NCBI GenBank assembly: GCA_002633005.1
Contig: NMRA01000328.1
Coordinates: 185,195-249,194, forward strand
Direction: 5' to 3'
From: Phoronis australis
Lineage: Eukaryota > Animalia > Phoronida
DNA: 64,000 nt
Position numbers and translations under genes: made by a program. Within the stretch, counting starts at the first letter, position 1, and every line of letters starts with the position of its first letter. Under the pieces are notes generated by a model, which worked only from the letters and a program-made list of their open reading frames with translations, was not told the origin of the DNA and did not search any database. Shown piece after piece: positions 13,559 to 27,631 of this stretch.

Positions 13559-14974
13559 GAGTTGGTAAGGGAAATGGAATCTTATCACGGTAAGACATAT
13601 TATGATTTTATGAGAGTAAAATACACAATTCAATTTTCATTTATAGCTACCTAAACAGGGCCAAAGGCAGTTTTAATTATTTTCATTTTCTTAATCTAAG
13701 ATAAACGCTCCTCTATCCTCCCCTGTCCCCTTCCTTGTCGCAACTAGTTCCAATTTAGAGAACTGAAAGAATACTTTCTTTCAAACCTATTTATGAATTC
13801 CATTTTATATTCTCATTTCAACAACAAAACATTCAAGGAATATTTGCAGGACTACTGTTAAAGCACCCTTGTAGGGGAAACTCATAAATAAATGACCCCC
13901 TGTGTAGTTAATATACCAGCAAATAATAATCAAGGAATGTAAGACTAAATAGTTTTATTTAAGAATTATCCCAAGCTGTTACAACTAATCAGGAATAAAT
14001 TACTTGTTGCAATTGTATGTGTACCATTTTATAAATAAATGATTGCCAGAGACTTGTTAGTTGGGTCACACTTTCCAAACATAGTACATGAGAAAACCAA
14101 ATTATCTCCCTTGCTCAGAATCCTCATCATATTTCTCAATGGAAAAACATCATCACAAAACAGAAGAACTGAAATGCAAACGAAACAATCCCAAATGTAA
14201 ACAGGTTACTGCACAAAAGCTAAATATCTACGATATGCCAGGGTGCTAGCGAAAATGCTAGCTTTTTGTGAATGTGGCATGAATCCAATTTTAGAATGAA
14301 AGGTTTCATTTGCTTTAACTTCATGTGTCATACACTTGAAAAAATGTTGTGCTACTCAGGGAGCATGTAAAAAGTACCAAGCTGACACATTGCATCCATC
14401 AATGCATAGTTGCCAATACTTTCTAAAAGGAAAAAACAGGACACATGACTCAACAATGACCACCATGATGAAAATGTAAGAATTCTCCATGTAACTCTCA
14501 GAAATGGAATGCTGACAGCCTTTTTCCCACTTTTTGGTTGGGGATCTGGGAAATGGGGGAAACATGCAGCACAACAATGTATGTAAATACAGACGCTTGT
14601 GTCAAAAACTGGGACAATTGGTTGTTGTTGTAGGATGTGGGACGAAGTTCAAAAAGCAGAAACGTTGGAAAGGATTCTTCGAATTTAAGAAACAACGCAC
14701 ATTATCTGACTGAAAGGTTTATCAGTGTTGCATGCGTCGCCACCTTTTGGTGATCAGATGAACTATCATAGCTTTAAGTGATTTATGGACATTCAGTCTT
14801 GATGGTCCAAGTGCAACTTTCGGAGGTCGCCTTGCTAGAATTACCATCTAAGGTAGTCCTGGCTCAGGTTCTGAGAATCTGAAGATCTTGTCAGCTAATG
14901 TCCATGTGAACCAGTGGCTATAAAAGATCCAGCATCATGTTTGAGAGAGGCCGCCCAGAGTCTGCATTAGACTA

Positions 14975-16000
14975 GCGTATTCGTTCTAGAATGTGCTCAT
15001 GCCCCAATAAGCGCCCCCCACGAGTTTCCACACTTCGCTGAAACAAGCACCCAGTCCATGAAAGTGTGCCTGCAAAAAATGTCTTACCTACAGTAGCGTC
15101 TTCAATTTATCAACAAGATCGGCAGTCGTGAAAAAAATCATTGTGCATGGAATTTCTAGACCACCAGCCTTGCTGCTATGTCGGTATTTAGCCATGACTA
15201 TACACTTCAAATTTCCGCCGTGCTTCAAAAACAACCTAACAGTTTTGTTGATCTTGCGAGGAACTTGTCCCACTGTGGTGTGGCTTTTCAGAACAGACAC
15301 AGGGATTGAATCTTTCACGTAGTTTCCAATTCTCCCTGAACAGGATTCCAAATTTCTTTGTACATGTGAAAACCGTGAATTGAACTGGTACACATTCAGC
15401 TGACGGCTGTCTCACGACTAAAAAACTTTTGTGTTAAAAGCACATGGCCAGGAAGCACGCGCTGCATATACATTCCAGTCAAAACAAACTTCACATGACA
15501 ACACGATTGTGTTTTCCGAGGGGTCTGTCCAGAGATTTTTCTCATATTGTGGGGTACAATCTTGCCCAAAATTCGGATCTAACCTGCTCTTAATCCGGAC
15601 TCCACAGGAGCTTAAAAATCTTAGAGGCGCTATTGAAAAACTTAAGTGAGGACTTAAGGTTATTTGTTGAGTCGAAATTGTATTTTCATTCAAGTTGTCA
15701 TATCGATAATTGCAATGCATTGACATATCAGCGAGTTCTCACCCTGGGATTTCAGCACAATTTTTGGTAAAATGATAGCAATTTAACAATGAAGTTTGAT
15801 AGCAATGCACCACAGTTTTGTAGAAAGTCTGTCATAGGTTAGAGATAAACCACAGAATGTAAATTTGATGAATCCCAGCTTACGATCTCACCCCTTTCGG
15901 AGATTGGATTTCAACCGTCGTAGGTTATAATAACCACCCCCAGCCCTGAAAAGAATTTTTCTAAGCGCTGATTTCTAGGTGCTGATTAGGCCAAACACGG
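14975..16000 (-). mobile_element. Second, inverted and more decayed copy of the HIRAN-carrying element
   Basis: Reverse-complement similarity to 44212-45743, without its ~0.5 kb internal segment. ORF 15088-15393 has TVGQVPRKIN..LFLKHGGNLKCIV..GGLEIPC..LVDKLKTLL. Confidence 0.72.
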
Positions 16001-16908
16001 CCACTTGAAATTAAATCTACCTTTCCGTGTGTTAGTTACACTAGTTACGCATTTTACACACTCAAGTTAGCTAATTCTTATCTTTTTCTTTAAAATGTTC
16101 TGCAGTACAGTTCGTCATGCTTGTCCTGTGTTTGCTGTGCTCAGACAATTACTTTCGACCAAGATGGTCTTAAATTGTCTACCAACCCACTCGGGCTGAC
16201 TCTCGCAAAGTCACGCTCAGTTTTTGTCACCGATTCCTATATTGTACTACCATGTCCTCAGACTCTGTGTGAGTATTTTCATGATTCCTGTACTGTGTAT
16301 CAATTATTTTACCTTGTATTTAAAGTACGAAAATCATATATTTATATTTTTAGCTCTGTATCAGGTTTTTCTAAACGCATCAAAATCAGAAGATACCAAC
16401 AAGATGGATTCATACAAAAATACAGAACAAGACTGCGAACAAAAATGAAAACCTGGCATGTTACACAAATTATTCTACTTCAAACCACAGTGATTATAGG
16501 TGGCTACAAATCTGATTCATACACAACTAAGAAGACTGCATTAAAGGTGACAACAGGAAATTGACCAAAACAACCAGAGTGCACAGCACCTCTGGGCTAG
16601 AATCTATTGTACTGATACAAATTCCCTTTGGAACAGTTGCAAGCCTGTAATTTGTTGTGAGACAGTACACCCACTCATGTCTGGGCTATGAAACGTACAA
16701 TCCCAGCACCAAGTGATAACACATCCAATCAAGCTTGACGGACAAAAGGTGCCACCTATAGGAGTCAAGTGACAATGGAGGTAAGCCAGTTGTTACTGTC
16801 CAAAACTCCTTCTACAAAATGAGAAAGAATCTTGGAGATAAAGAAATGGGAAGACAAAAGATACAATGAACTTCGATGAAAGTCAAGATATGTCGTTTAA
16901 GTCTAAAC

Positions 16909-17045
16909 CAACTCTATATGCATAGCCTCCTCTATGAGGAGCCTGAGGGTGGCATTATCCATGTCCGAAATCTGAATACCAGAGTAATCTGTAGTGTGAC
17001 TAGTTGTTAATGCTCCCCATAAAGGAGGCTATGCATATAGGGTTG
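16909..17045. mobile_element. Small MITE-like inverted repeat
   Basis: CAACTCTATATGCATAGCCTCCTCTATGAGGAGC versus the reverse complement CAACCCTATATGCATAGCCTCCTTTATGGGGAGC, 34-bp arms. Confidence 0.7.
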
Positions 17046-18773
17046 AATCATGCTGAGCAGAATCTGAATAGAAACATTGGTTGATTTAAGCTCCATCTGT
17101 TTTAATTTCTGGTCTCTCCCCTCAAAATGCATTTTGATGTGTACCTGTGCAGTCTGTGATCCACCTGTGTCACCTGACTGGAATATTGTGAACTTTTGTC
17201 TTGAGAATGATTCAGAGACAATAAGTTGAAACGTCGAATAGTCTGTAGTTGTTCACATATGCGCTGATTTTAAAGTTTGTATGCATATTTTGGCCAAAAA
17301 CAAATGTAGTTGATTTCACTATGAAATTTGTATGCAAAAGGTTTGTCTAGTTAGCAAAAGGACAAGCAAAACTTCCGATGAGAAAGAGCTATGGGCTACT
17401 AACTTCTAAAATGCCTGAACTTACAAATACACACAGAACCAACTTGGCAATATATTCCCTGTCACAGTGGAAGTTTAGGTTTGAGTGTGGCCATCTTTAA
17501 GGAAAAACAAATTGCTGCTCAATTTCAAAAACAGTCTTCGTTGTGCAATTGTAATATGTTTATGACAGTGTTAAAGAATTAATACAACTTCTGTCAGGCA
17601 CACATTCAGGATCCAGAGAGCTGTGCTCAAATTTGAGGACATTTTTGCAACAATTTCTACAAAGACGAGCACAAAGTTCATACCAGCCTGCAAATAGCAC
17701 CCCATAGCAGCAGCGTAAACTGTCCAAAATCATCAGCCTGACGGTTTCCATCACTGACAGAAACACACTAGTAAAAAATTTTGTATTCTTCAAACTGTTT
17801 AGGAGACAGATATACGTAGCCAGAAGCAGACACAGATGCCAGAAACGGACACTGAAATACTGATAGTACCTGACTAGGGGGCAGAAAATGATGAGGCAGG
17901 GCCAATCTTTTTATAGAAACACATCTGCCAACTTTCATAAGTTCTGTCAAGGTACTAGTAGTTACAGAGGTTGACGCCAAAAGGTAAAATTGCTGCAAGA
18001 GGGCTTAGCAGTAGTAAGAACCAACCAAAAGTGAATGTAAGCCTAGCTCGCGTTAATAGGGACAGGTCTACCAAATTTTATGATACTTTAAATAATTTGG
18101 AAGATATCGAGACAGCGAAGTTCAAAAAACAATTCTGCCAATGGGGGGGGGGGGGGGGGGNTGAAATATATCTGTCAAATTTCACAACGATGCTTCATTG
18201 ACCTTGGTAAATTATTGAGTTGAGAAACGCATAAGAATCTAAACCCACCACTACATGCACAGTGGTATTTTTAATCGTTCTGAAAAATCTACATCAGCAG
18301 TGGTCTTGTCAATATGAACATATTCCTCAAATTTTATGGTGATCCTACAAACTGGCAGATTGAGAGGATGCAAAAAACGAACATCAAATTAAAGTAAAAT
18401 TGCCACCAGGTAGTCACCATTTTAATAATTAACTTCAAAATCAGCAGAGCTTGGAAAAATAGCCCATGGCTTGTGAGACATTATCAAATTAATTTTTACA
18501 TATAAAAAGAAAAAATGCAGAATTTAAAAAAGCGAGGCTGACTGAGTTTTAGACATATAGGCATTAACTTAGAAATTGTTTGAAAAATCCTTGGCATTCA
18601 GTAATTGTAATCAAAAGGTTGGAGTTGTTACCAATGAATAGTTAATACACCTCTTGAACAGAAGTAAGGAATACTATGAAAGCCGAAATCAAAATATTAC
18701 ATCTTAGCTATGATTCACTATATGGAAATCGGTACAGCATTTTGAACAAGAGCAATGCACCCGTTGTGTGCAT

Positions 18774-18826
18774 TGCATACAGCCTGCATACAGACTGCAT
18801 ACAGACTGCATACAGCCTGCATACAG
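18774..18826. repeat. 11-bp tandem (TGCATACAG(A/C)C) x~5
   Basis: Seen directly. Confidence 0.9.
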
Positions 18827-19657
18827 AGATGATCATCATTTTAGACATTCCCACTTAATGGAGCAATGTTACTTTACTTAATAATAATAGTAAATTAGTA
18901 GTTCTTTAGACGTTACAAAACAAATAAACAACATCGCCAGTCATTTTTAAAGGATTACTTCGCTGCAAATAATCAAAACTTAACCAAGAGTAGTTTTATG
19001 ACATCTATGAAAAACAATTGCGGCTATATACTAAAATTTTTGTACTTGTCATCTTTATGAGAATTATTCGAATGTCCCACCAGATCCTATTCATAACATA
19101 GAGCAAGAGTCCTGAAAAGATTACAAACTTAATTTTATGTTATATGACATAACAGGATGGATCTTTCTGTGTAAACACTATTATGAGATGTGAGTTCTAA
19201 AACCAACAAATGGAGCTTGTACAGTCTGGCTTTTGAGTCACCCGTGGGATCTGTTTTCATTTGGGCGACTTCTAGGGAAAGGCAAAAGGACCTGTTTAGC
19301 TCTATGTTTTTGGACCAACAAACTTCTATGCAATATCTGGTGGTGAGCTGTAATTTTTGATTATATCAAAGCATTCAGGCACTCAAGGGATTACATAAAA
19401 TTTACTCATGAACTTTTCATCACTTCCACTCCAAGGAATGTTCACCCAATCTGCTCATAGTAGAAATGAATTTGAGCATCAACATAGTTACACAACATCC
19501 AAATACTCCTGATGCAAGAAGCAGGGGTACATTTCTTTGTTACTGGATGTTGTACTTTAGTGACAAATTTTACAGCCACTTGCACTCTAGTCATGAGGAC
19601 AGCTTTCCAGTATCAACCAACCACCCCAAATCAAAATTTGATACCTCAAATATAAAG

Positions 19658-19953
19658 TGCCACACAGATTTCAAATGCAATACGTGTGAGGTTCAACTTG
19701 ACAAGTTTGGCACATTTACTAGGAATATGACCAAAGAACATGTTACTAGACATTCTTTACTTCTTTCATTGCAAGATACACAAACAAACAGTGCGTTTCT
19801 GAAATCCACTGGGTTTGTCTCAGTACACTCAACACACAGTATGCAATACTTTTGTTAGGTTGAAGTATCTGTGACAAAGACATAGCTACAATTCCAACTG
19901 AGCCTAAAACAACCGTAACTGGAAGGTGATGGCACTCAACTTCCATATTCAAG
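19658..19953 (+). repeat. 296-bp segment duplicated, identical by eye, at 22775-23071
   Basis: TGCCACACAGATTTC...CATATTCAAGTC appears twice. The ORF track gives identical peptides for both copies. Confidence 0.92.
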
Positions 19954-22289
19954 TCTGTAAATTTCCAAAACAGGTCTTACCAGGTATATTCCCATGAAAG
20001 CCCAGTTGGATTAACATACTTGAAACCCATTTAGGATTTGCTTCATGTATTTCAAGGATTAACAATTTATTCTAAACCTTTCAACCTTAAATTGGTCACT
20101 TGATATCTGAGGGGTCACCACAGACAAACTCTTTTATTTCTGACAATGCTTAAACACCACAGCTTTATATAACACAATTCAAAGGAACATTGCATACTAA
20201 TGGCAAGTGACTTAAAATATATTATCTAATAGACATTTCATTTTCTTAAAAGAAATCTTAAAAGGGGTTTAAATCTGCAAGAATCTAGCAAGCAAGCCTA
20301 CGATGATACCATCAGCTAGAACTACAAAAAGGTGCGGTGTAGGAAATGATAAAAGGAAAATATAAATTGCAACCAAAAAACCGATTCTGAAGATATGCTC
20401 TAAGAGGCAAGAACTCAAATGAACACAAAGCATAAAAGAAAATTCCAAGGGCTCTGAATAAAATTTATACCAGTAGAAAATTGTAAAAAAGAATGTACCT
20501 CAAAATTCAATCTAAATTTTGAAAATATCTGAAGATCATCAAATGACATTTATAACTTTATGATATTTCAAATTAAAAAAGTAAGGAGCCCTTCAACTCC
20601 CCTGTTCAAAACCCAGTGGGTTCTTAAATAGAGTTATACCAAGTGTGGTTTAGGTGATGAGACTGCTTTCTCGGGACATTCCAATTTCATACAATAACGA
20701 GGGTCGAATGTTTTGATTTAATGTCGCGATGGTCACAAAATACCAAGTTGAGAAATAAGGCAAGTTAACACATCTTGTTTTCTATGCGGGTTAAAAAATT
20801 CCAGTAGGAAAAGAACTCATCTTGGTTATTTTTGTCTTCATAATTGCCTTTTGAAAATTTCAAGTTAACAGTAACAAGAAAAAGTGATCAAATGAGCAAT
20901 ATCATTCTAAATACAGTACGAGCCAATCAGATAAAATACAGTTTTCCGTTATGACAGCTAGTCTGTTAATGCCAACAATCGATGACTGGTAACAACTACT
21001 GTGGTGGCAAAATTCTAATTACAGAATGACCAAGCCACCTTACTGACTTTTCTGTTAATTTCCCTTCGTTCTTAGTCATCAGGGGAGACTACTCTGATGA
21101 AGCATTCGGCTTCCACCCAGGTGTTATGACAGGGCATTCAGGTCATTTTGTCTAAAAACCCTTGGCTGTGCTATAACTACCATACTCAGTGCAAGTGCTT
21201 CTGATCAAAGCACTGGCTTCTGCCAATATACACAAATACCCAGTAGTTAAAGGAGAATGCCACCCAAAAAACAACCTGTTTTGTATCAATTTAGATCGAG
21301 TAGTTCCACTCGATAACACCAAGCTCAGTTGTTTTACCCGACACCTAACGGCAGACAGAGGTGTTGAAATTAACCAATGACGTAATCGGTTCGAACGCAG
21401 TCTGTTCAGCCGTTCCCAACACGCTTACTGGTGTCAACTTATCGCTTGAATTCATCGTTTTACACCAATAAATCATCAAAATTCGATGTAAACCCCTTAC
21501 AAATACACAGTTCTTGAACAAACGTGTTGTTTTATTTCACTGTAAAAGGTATTTGAACGTACCGTAGTCTACAGAGTTCGGTAGGACAATTTACCATGGT
21601 CGGTCGCGGGAGTTTGGGTCTGTTAGGTGATAAATTCGAATCATTCTTCAGTGAAATATAGACGGGGGCACATAGCTATGTGCTGTACTTTTCGACTTCC
21701 GATTTTTCAGTTCTAAACACACAAAGCGCTTGATACTCCTCGCCAGTGGCTTGGAACCCAAACATAAACCAGCTTAAGTTGGAAACTAAACCTCCAGTCA
21801 CGAAAAGACTATAATAGTGAGCCAAAGAAATAAAATGCACGTAATTATTTAGGTGAATTAGCCACGAAACTGAAAATCTACTTACTTGTCGGCTGGCAAC
21901 ATCAAGTTTTCCTTCCACACAACTGTCAGTGCAAAGGTTGTACAGTAACAATGATTTGAATAACGTATTTATTTTGTATATCTAAATAAAGATTCCCCTA
22001 ACCTGTGACAATAGCATATAAGATTGAGTTATTGTTTCACAACAGCTTTCCGTCAGCAAACACAAAATTAGCATGCGCTCACACGGTCTCAGTGCCTAGT
22101 CGATTACCTTTCACCCATCTAAAGCCGGTACGCAATGGATTATTCATTGCTGCAGTGGCGGATCTAGGATATCACAAGGGGGGGCCCAACATTTTGTCCG
22201 GCTGTAAGCATTTGCGCACACTGACCCACGATTGTAGATGCGCATAGCACCGAATGGGGGGAGGTCGCCCAGGAAATTTTTCTGTTTTT

Positions 22290-22774
22290 NNNNNNNNNNN
22301 NNNNNNNNNNNNNNNNNNNNNNNNNNNNNNNNNNNNNNNNNNNNNNNNNNNNNNNNNNNNNNNNNNNNNNNNNNNNNNNNNNNNNNNNNNNNNNNNNNNN
22401 NNNNNNNNNNNNNNNNNNNNNNNNNNNNNNNNNNNNNNNNNNNNNNNNNNNNNNNNNNNNNNNNNNNNNNNNNNNNNNNNNNNNNNNNNNNNNNNNNNNN
22501 NNNNNNNNNNNNNNNNNNNNNNNNNNNNNNNNNNNNNNNNNNNNNNNNNNNNNNNNNNNNNNNNNNNNNNNNNNNNNNNNNNNNNNNNNNNNNNNNNNNN
22601 NNNNNNNNNNNNNNNNNNNNNNNNNNNNNNNNNNNNNNNNNNNNNNNNNNNNNNNNNNNNNNNNNNNNNNNNNNNNNNNNNNNNNNNNNNNNNNNNNNNN
22701 NNNNNNNNNNNNNNNNNNNNNNNNNNNNNNNNNNNNNNNNNNNNNNNNNNNNNNNNNNNNNNNNNNNNNNNNNN
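22290..22774. other. Assembly gap (N run); single Ns also at 18161 and 59354
   Basis: Seen directly in the sequence. Confidence 0.99.
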
Positions 22775-23288
22775 TGCCACACAGATTTCAAATGCAATAC
22801 GTGTGAGGTTCAACTTGACAAGTTTGGCACATTTACTAGGAATATGACCAAAGAACATGTTACTAGACATTCTTTACTTCTTTCATTGCAAGATACACAA
22901 ACAAACAGTGCGTTTCTGAAATCCACTGGGTTTGTCTCAGTACACTCAACACACAGTATGCAATACTTTTGTTAGGTTGAAGTATCTGTGACAAAGACAT
23001 AGCTACAATTCCAACTGAGCCTAAAACAACCGTAACTGGAAGGTGATGGCACTCAACTTCCATATTCAAGTCCCCCTGGGCCCCCCCTAAATCGGCCTAT
23101 GTGCTGGCTTCTCAAAACATTTCTACTCACGAATACTCCAAAGGCATTACAAATTGAATCTAATGAGACAGACTTTGTTTCAGTTTTATAGCATTGGTTA
23201 GGGTGAAAATAATTCATTTTGAAACATAACGCAGAATAATAAACGTCTACGTGGCAACTCGCCCGGTGCCAATCCCGACTTAGTCGAG

Positions 23289-23432
23289 AGCTCATCCGAC
23301 GAAGACTTAATTCACGGATCGGATCGTTAGGTTTCACAGGCTATCAGTTCGAACCAGAATACACTGGTCAAGAAATACTAGAGAGGCGCGGTGAACATGC
23401 ACAGGCAACGGAACGTATGGATAGTTCTTTGG
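23289..23432 (+). pseudogene. KolX-like first-exon remnant of Kolobok family B
   Basis: SSSDEDLIHG, then a 5-bp GGATC duplication, then SLGFTGYQFEPEYTGQEILERR, ending at a GTAAGT donor. It shares the Y-x-FEPEY motif of the family A copy. Confidence 0.6.
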
Positions 23433-23451
23433 TAAGTTGGAATTCGTCAGA

Positions 23452-23663
23452 GAAATCATTGTGGACGAAATGCCGGCCACAGACACGGAGATGTTTCACA
23501 GCCTCATACTTGCTATTAACAGCATACTTTTCATTCTTCACTACTGTGAGTCACTTCCTAAGCATTTCGGGCTCTCAAGGAAGTTGAAAAAACGATATAC
23601 CCGTTTTCTTCGCAGCTTCATAGTTCGGACAAGTGGGAATGATGCACCGCAATATAGCACCAT
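23452..23663 (-). pseudogene. Decayed THAP domain of Kolobok family B
   Basis: Hand translation RCIIPTCPNYEAAKKTGISFFQLP*EPEMLRK*LTVVKNEKY...HLRVCGRHFVHNDF. The C-x4-C, F-x-x-P, W (now TGA) and CxxH positions are present. Confidence 0.75.
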
Positions 23664-24964
23664 TCACTTTGCAGATGAACCACTGACGTCGCTGCGTCGT
23701 TTCTTATCTTCCTCACAGGTTAACGTGACACCTCTCGGCAAGGTGAGGTCGACCGTATAAGAGGTGATGATATAGACCGATTAAGACGGTAAAAAAGGCT
23801 AATTAAATTGTGTGGCATTCTCCTTTAATATACTTTTGACATGCAATGGGTGAGCTGGCCTTTACAGTCATACTCAACTGGGAATCTGAACAAATAAAAG
23901 CAAAATGAGCAATGTATTCTTTAGGTTATGAACAGAAAATTTCAGGTCATGACTTACTTAGGGTTCTACAGATTTTTTGCCTTGTACTTGAGAAATGCTA
24001 ATGTACTTTAATGACATTGGTCCACAGTTACATGACATTTGAGACATGTAAATTAACAGCAGGAAAGGCAAAGGTTATCAACTTTTACCTAGACACACAA
24101 ATTCTTAGAAACTGCTATCAACTACAGGTATCAAAACTAGGGTAAAGGCCATACTACTGGAATGATATGCTATTAGAATTGCCATATATTTCTTATCTGC
24201 GTGGTGTAGTCACCCTGCTTGAAGTGTTCATCAATGACATGGGATCACTCACTGAGTGTGAAAAATACAGGCTAGCAGATAACAAAATAAAAACTGCCAT
24301 TAGTAGACATTCTTCAGCTATAATAGGACCAAAGCAGAGCACTGATACGCACCCATGTGTGTAGCTGCAAACAGTAGATATTACACAAGCAATGTAGAGC
24401 ATTGTTACGCACCCACTACAGGGCGCAGTGCAAGTCAATTCGAAAACTGGCAAATGCAATCCACAAAAAGGAAGATTACCATCAAGTGGCATTGCAAGAC
24501 TTTGATCCATTCAATCATCCACGTCACTGAATCATGCTTTCGGCCTCTGTCAAGAGTTTAAGCAGACAGAGAGATGGATAAACAAAAGTAAAAATAAACC
24601 AAAAATTGACACTAGACTGCACGAGTAGAAGGTGGCAATGTCAGAAATTGGGCAAGTGTTGTCCTCTCTGGATAATAAATGTCAGCCATGTATTAGGAAC
24701 ACCGTCTTAAAACTTCAGGACGATCCTTCCTTTTTTATAAAAACCTATCTACCAGGTTTCAATGGAGTCAGTAGACATAAAAGCAAATGAAAAAATGCCA
24801 CTTAGGCAGCACAAATGACCACATGTCCAAAAACAATCCTCATCCACTACCAGATTTATAGACCTGCCAAAGTTAACAAAGATCCTAGTGAGTTTTAAAG
24901 ATACAGCTGTGTACACCAGATTCATATTGTGAGGAACGCCAGACTCAGACGCCATGATAGATGA

Positions 24965-25185
24965 CCTGTTTAGCGTACTATAAAACAAAAATTAAATTGG
25001 GCCTTTCATTCTCAGAAAATTGGTCTCGTAATAATATTCCTTACTGTGATAGGATGCTATTTCCGTAACCAACTCAGTCTTGTTGGTAATGTAGAGACAA
25101 TCCTAACACGATAAGGAATATTATAATACTGATTTCACGAGAGTAAAGGCCTAATTTGATTTCCGTTTTTGGTCAGCTAAACAGG
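24965..25185. mobile_element. Decayed palindromic MITE
   Basis: Nested inverted blocks: CCTGTTTAGC/GCTAAACAGG, AAATTGGGCCTTT/AAAGGCCTAATTT and AATATTCCTTA/TAAGGAATATT. Confidence 0.65.
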
Positions 25186-27552
25186 ATAAACTACAGCTCT
25201 AAAAATAAAGACTACTACCAAAATTAGCTTGGTCTCCTAATGCCTCCACATTGCCATCATCCATACACAGTATAAGAATCATGCGGGTGCCGTGCACACT
25301 GTTTTATGCAGTATGGGCACCATCTAATGAAAGTTTTCCTTAAAATGTTGTGCAAAGACTAGCAGGCATGTGGATTTTTTAGTTAATTTGATTCATTAAA
25401 TTATTTTACAGAGATTAAAACATTTAAACGTCCGAAATGACGACCATGTGGAGTTACACCCTTTGGAGCAATGGCAATCTGGGGTAATGACAGTTTGGAG
25501 TTTAACGGTCCCTCAAATTTACAACCCTTTGGAGCAATTGGATCCTTTGGTGTAAAGGCCTAATCATGATATACACAAATTTAAAGACCTTCAGATCGTA
25601 CACATTTCGAACCAAAGACTACAGAGTAACATCCTTCGAAGAAGAGACTTAAACCCTAAAAATTTCACTAGTTTAAAACCCCCGACAACAGTTTATTCTA
25701 AACCTTTGAACTTGGCCACATAAGCAGCACATCCAGGTTTTATCAGGGTTGAAAGGTTGAGCACAGGCAATCAAACTGGATATCTTAATGCAGTCCATAG
25801 TGTGAAGGGGGTTGGTATTTCATTTGGAAAAGTAATGAATGATATGCAATAAGATGTTATCACACACTTGAGTGTAATTAGCTGAAATCAGGCACAAACA
25901 AACAAGGTGTGGAATTTGATAGCCAGGCATCTTCATTCACAAAGGCTTTGTAATAAAGATTATATTGGTAAAATAAGTATGCATGTTTAATCAACCAAAA
26001 AAGAATAGTAATGGCTGAATCCCCTGAAACAGAAGATCTCTCCATCAAGTTTTACAGCTTTGCCTATGACTAAAGTCTTGCCAATTTACCACACAATGGA
26101 AGACAACTACAATCAGTTAACGCCTTTTTAATTTCTCATCAAGTTTTTTAAAATGAAGAGAAAATAACACATTCCCGAATCAGGCTGCCATGACGGATAA
26201 CTGTTCAGGATAAAATAAGATCACCATAACTCACCAAAGGGGAAGGAAGTAGCTTACTAATGAAAACTAATAGGTACGTAGTCCTATAACTTCTTTGTGT
26301 CATTAAACACAAGCTACAAAAAGGATATAGAACTTGATACAAGGTCATGCATTCGCTTTAAGTTATTTAATGATAAATTCCTTCCTGCATGATAACATGC
26401 ACCATGGACTTCACATTAAAAGCAACAGCAGTGAAAAAGTCAAATTCAAAGTAGTAGCTGTAAACCCACATTCCGTTGAAGAAACTAAATTTTCCAAGAC
26501 CTGGAATCACAGTTAACTATGTAGCCAATGCTCTAAACAGAGTTCAAGGTCGACCGAGGGCTTTTCATGCGTGATGTCATCAGTGGAAAATGTTGATCAG
26601 TTGACAGTATAAAATTATATGCAATGGCGGATAGTAGTGCCTTTATAAGTTACAAAGACTTAGAGGGCCACCACAACGAGTAATGTGAAGACAGGTAGGG
26701 GGTGCAAGACGACACTCAGGCCATGGTTAAAACAGTTGGACCGCGCCTCATCGGCAAACTTTGAGGCTCATCTGGCACTGGCACCTTTGATGAGTGAAGC
26801 CGAGTCGGAGCCTACTCTGTCTGCAGACAGTGCGGTCTGGGTGATAATTAAAGCCTTTTTTATATACATAAGTGTTGAGCAATATGTATCTCGAAACTGT
26901 AAATCTAACCGAAGTTTTAACCCTGACTGTCAAAGCCCAGTCATGAATAGCGTACACCGATTTCATTTCTTTAAATGTCCAGTGCAATTGCTAGGAATGA
27001 TCAAGACAGACCTAGTACAGGTGAAAATTTAAGTGAAAACCCAATCAAATTGATGAACTGAAGCGCAAGTTTTAAATACCACCATTCTCTGCGAACACAA
27101 ATGGAGATTCATCAGCCTGGGCTGCCAACAGTCAGTGAGGCACATATAGTTTTATGACATAATGAAGTGTGATAAAGGATTACATAGGTGACCAAAGCCA
27201 CATTTACATGCTGCAGCTGACATGGAACAGCTGTCTGGGTGCAAGTGTGTGTATAAATACGACTGACACGGAGCAAGTGATACCGAGGCGGTCACTTTTT
27301 GACACCGGTTTGATAGGTAGAGTGAGTTGCACTCGATCAGTTGCTCCAGTTTCAATTACATGTCTAAATACAACTGGGACAGGGCGAAAAAGGATCATCT
27401 TTCAATGCGCTTGCGCAATAGCATATATTCGGGTGATCAGCTGGCATTCCACGTGGTTTGGACATTCGCTAGTGTTAATGCGAGCATGCGCAGACAGTCT
27501 TCATGTAAGTGACACATTCTGATCTAGTTTGCAATCTAATGTCGTGACATTT

Positions 27553-27631
27553 GACAGACATGGTGACAACTGACGGACATGGTGACAATTGACGGACATG
27601 GTGACAAATGACAGACATGGTGACAACTGAC
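27553..27631. repeat. 19-bp tandem (GAC(A/G)GACATGGTGACAA(C/T/A)T) x4
   Basis: Seen directly. Confidence 0.9.

Larger units (their letters stand above)
21251..23824 (-). mobile_element. Non-autonomous Kolobok (T2-type) element, family B, with internal insertions and an assembly gap
   Basis: Perfect 13-bp TIR AGGAGAATGCCAC / GTGGCATTCTCCT. TTAA on both sides (21247-21250 and 23825-23828). Confidence 0.82.

Noticed and set aside
22144-22975. Long ORFs of 197-245 aa in the ORF track
   Set aside because: They are artefacts of translating the N gap.
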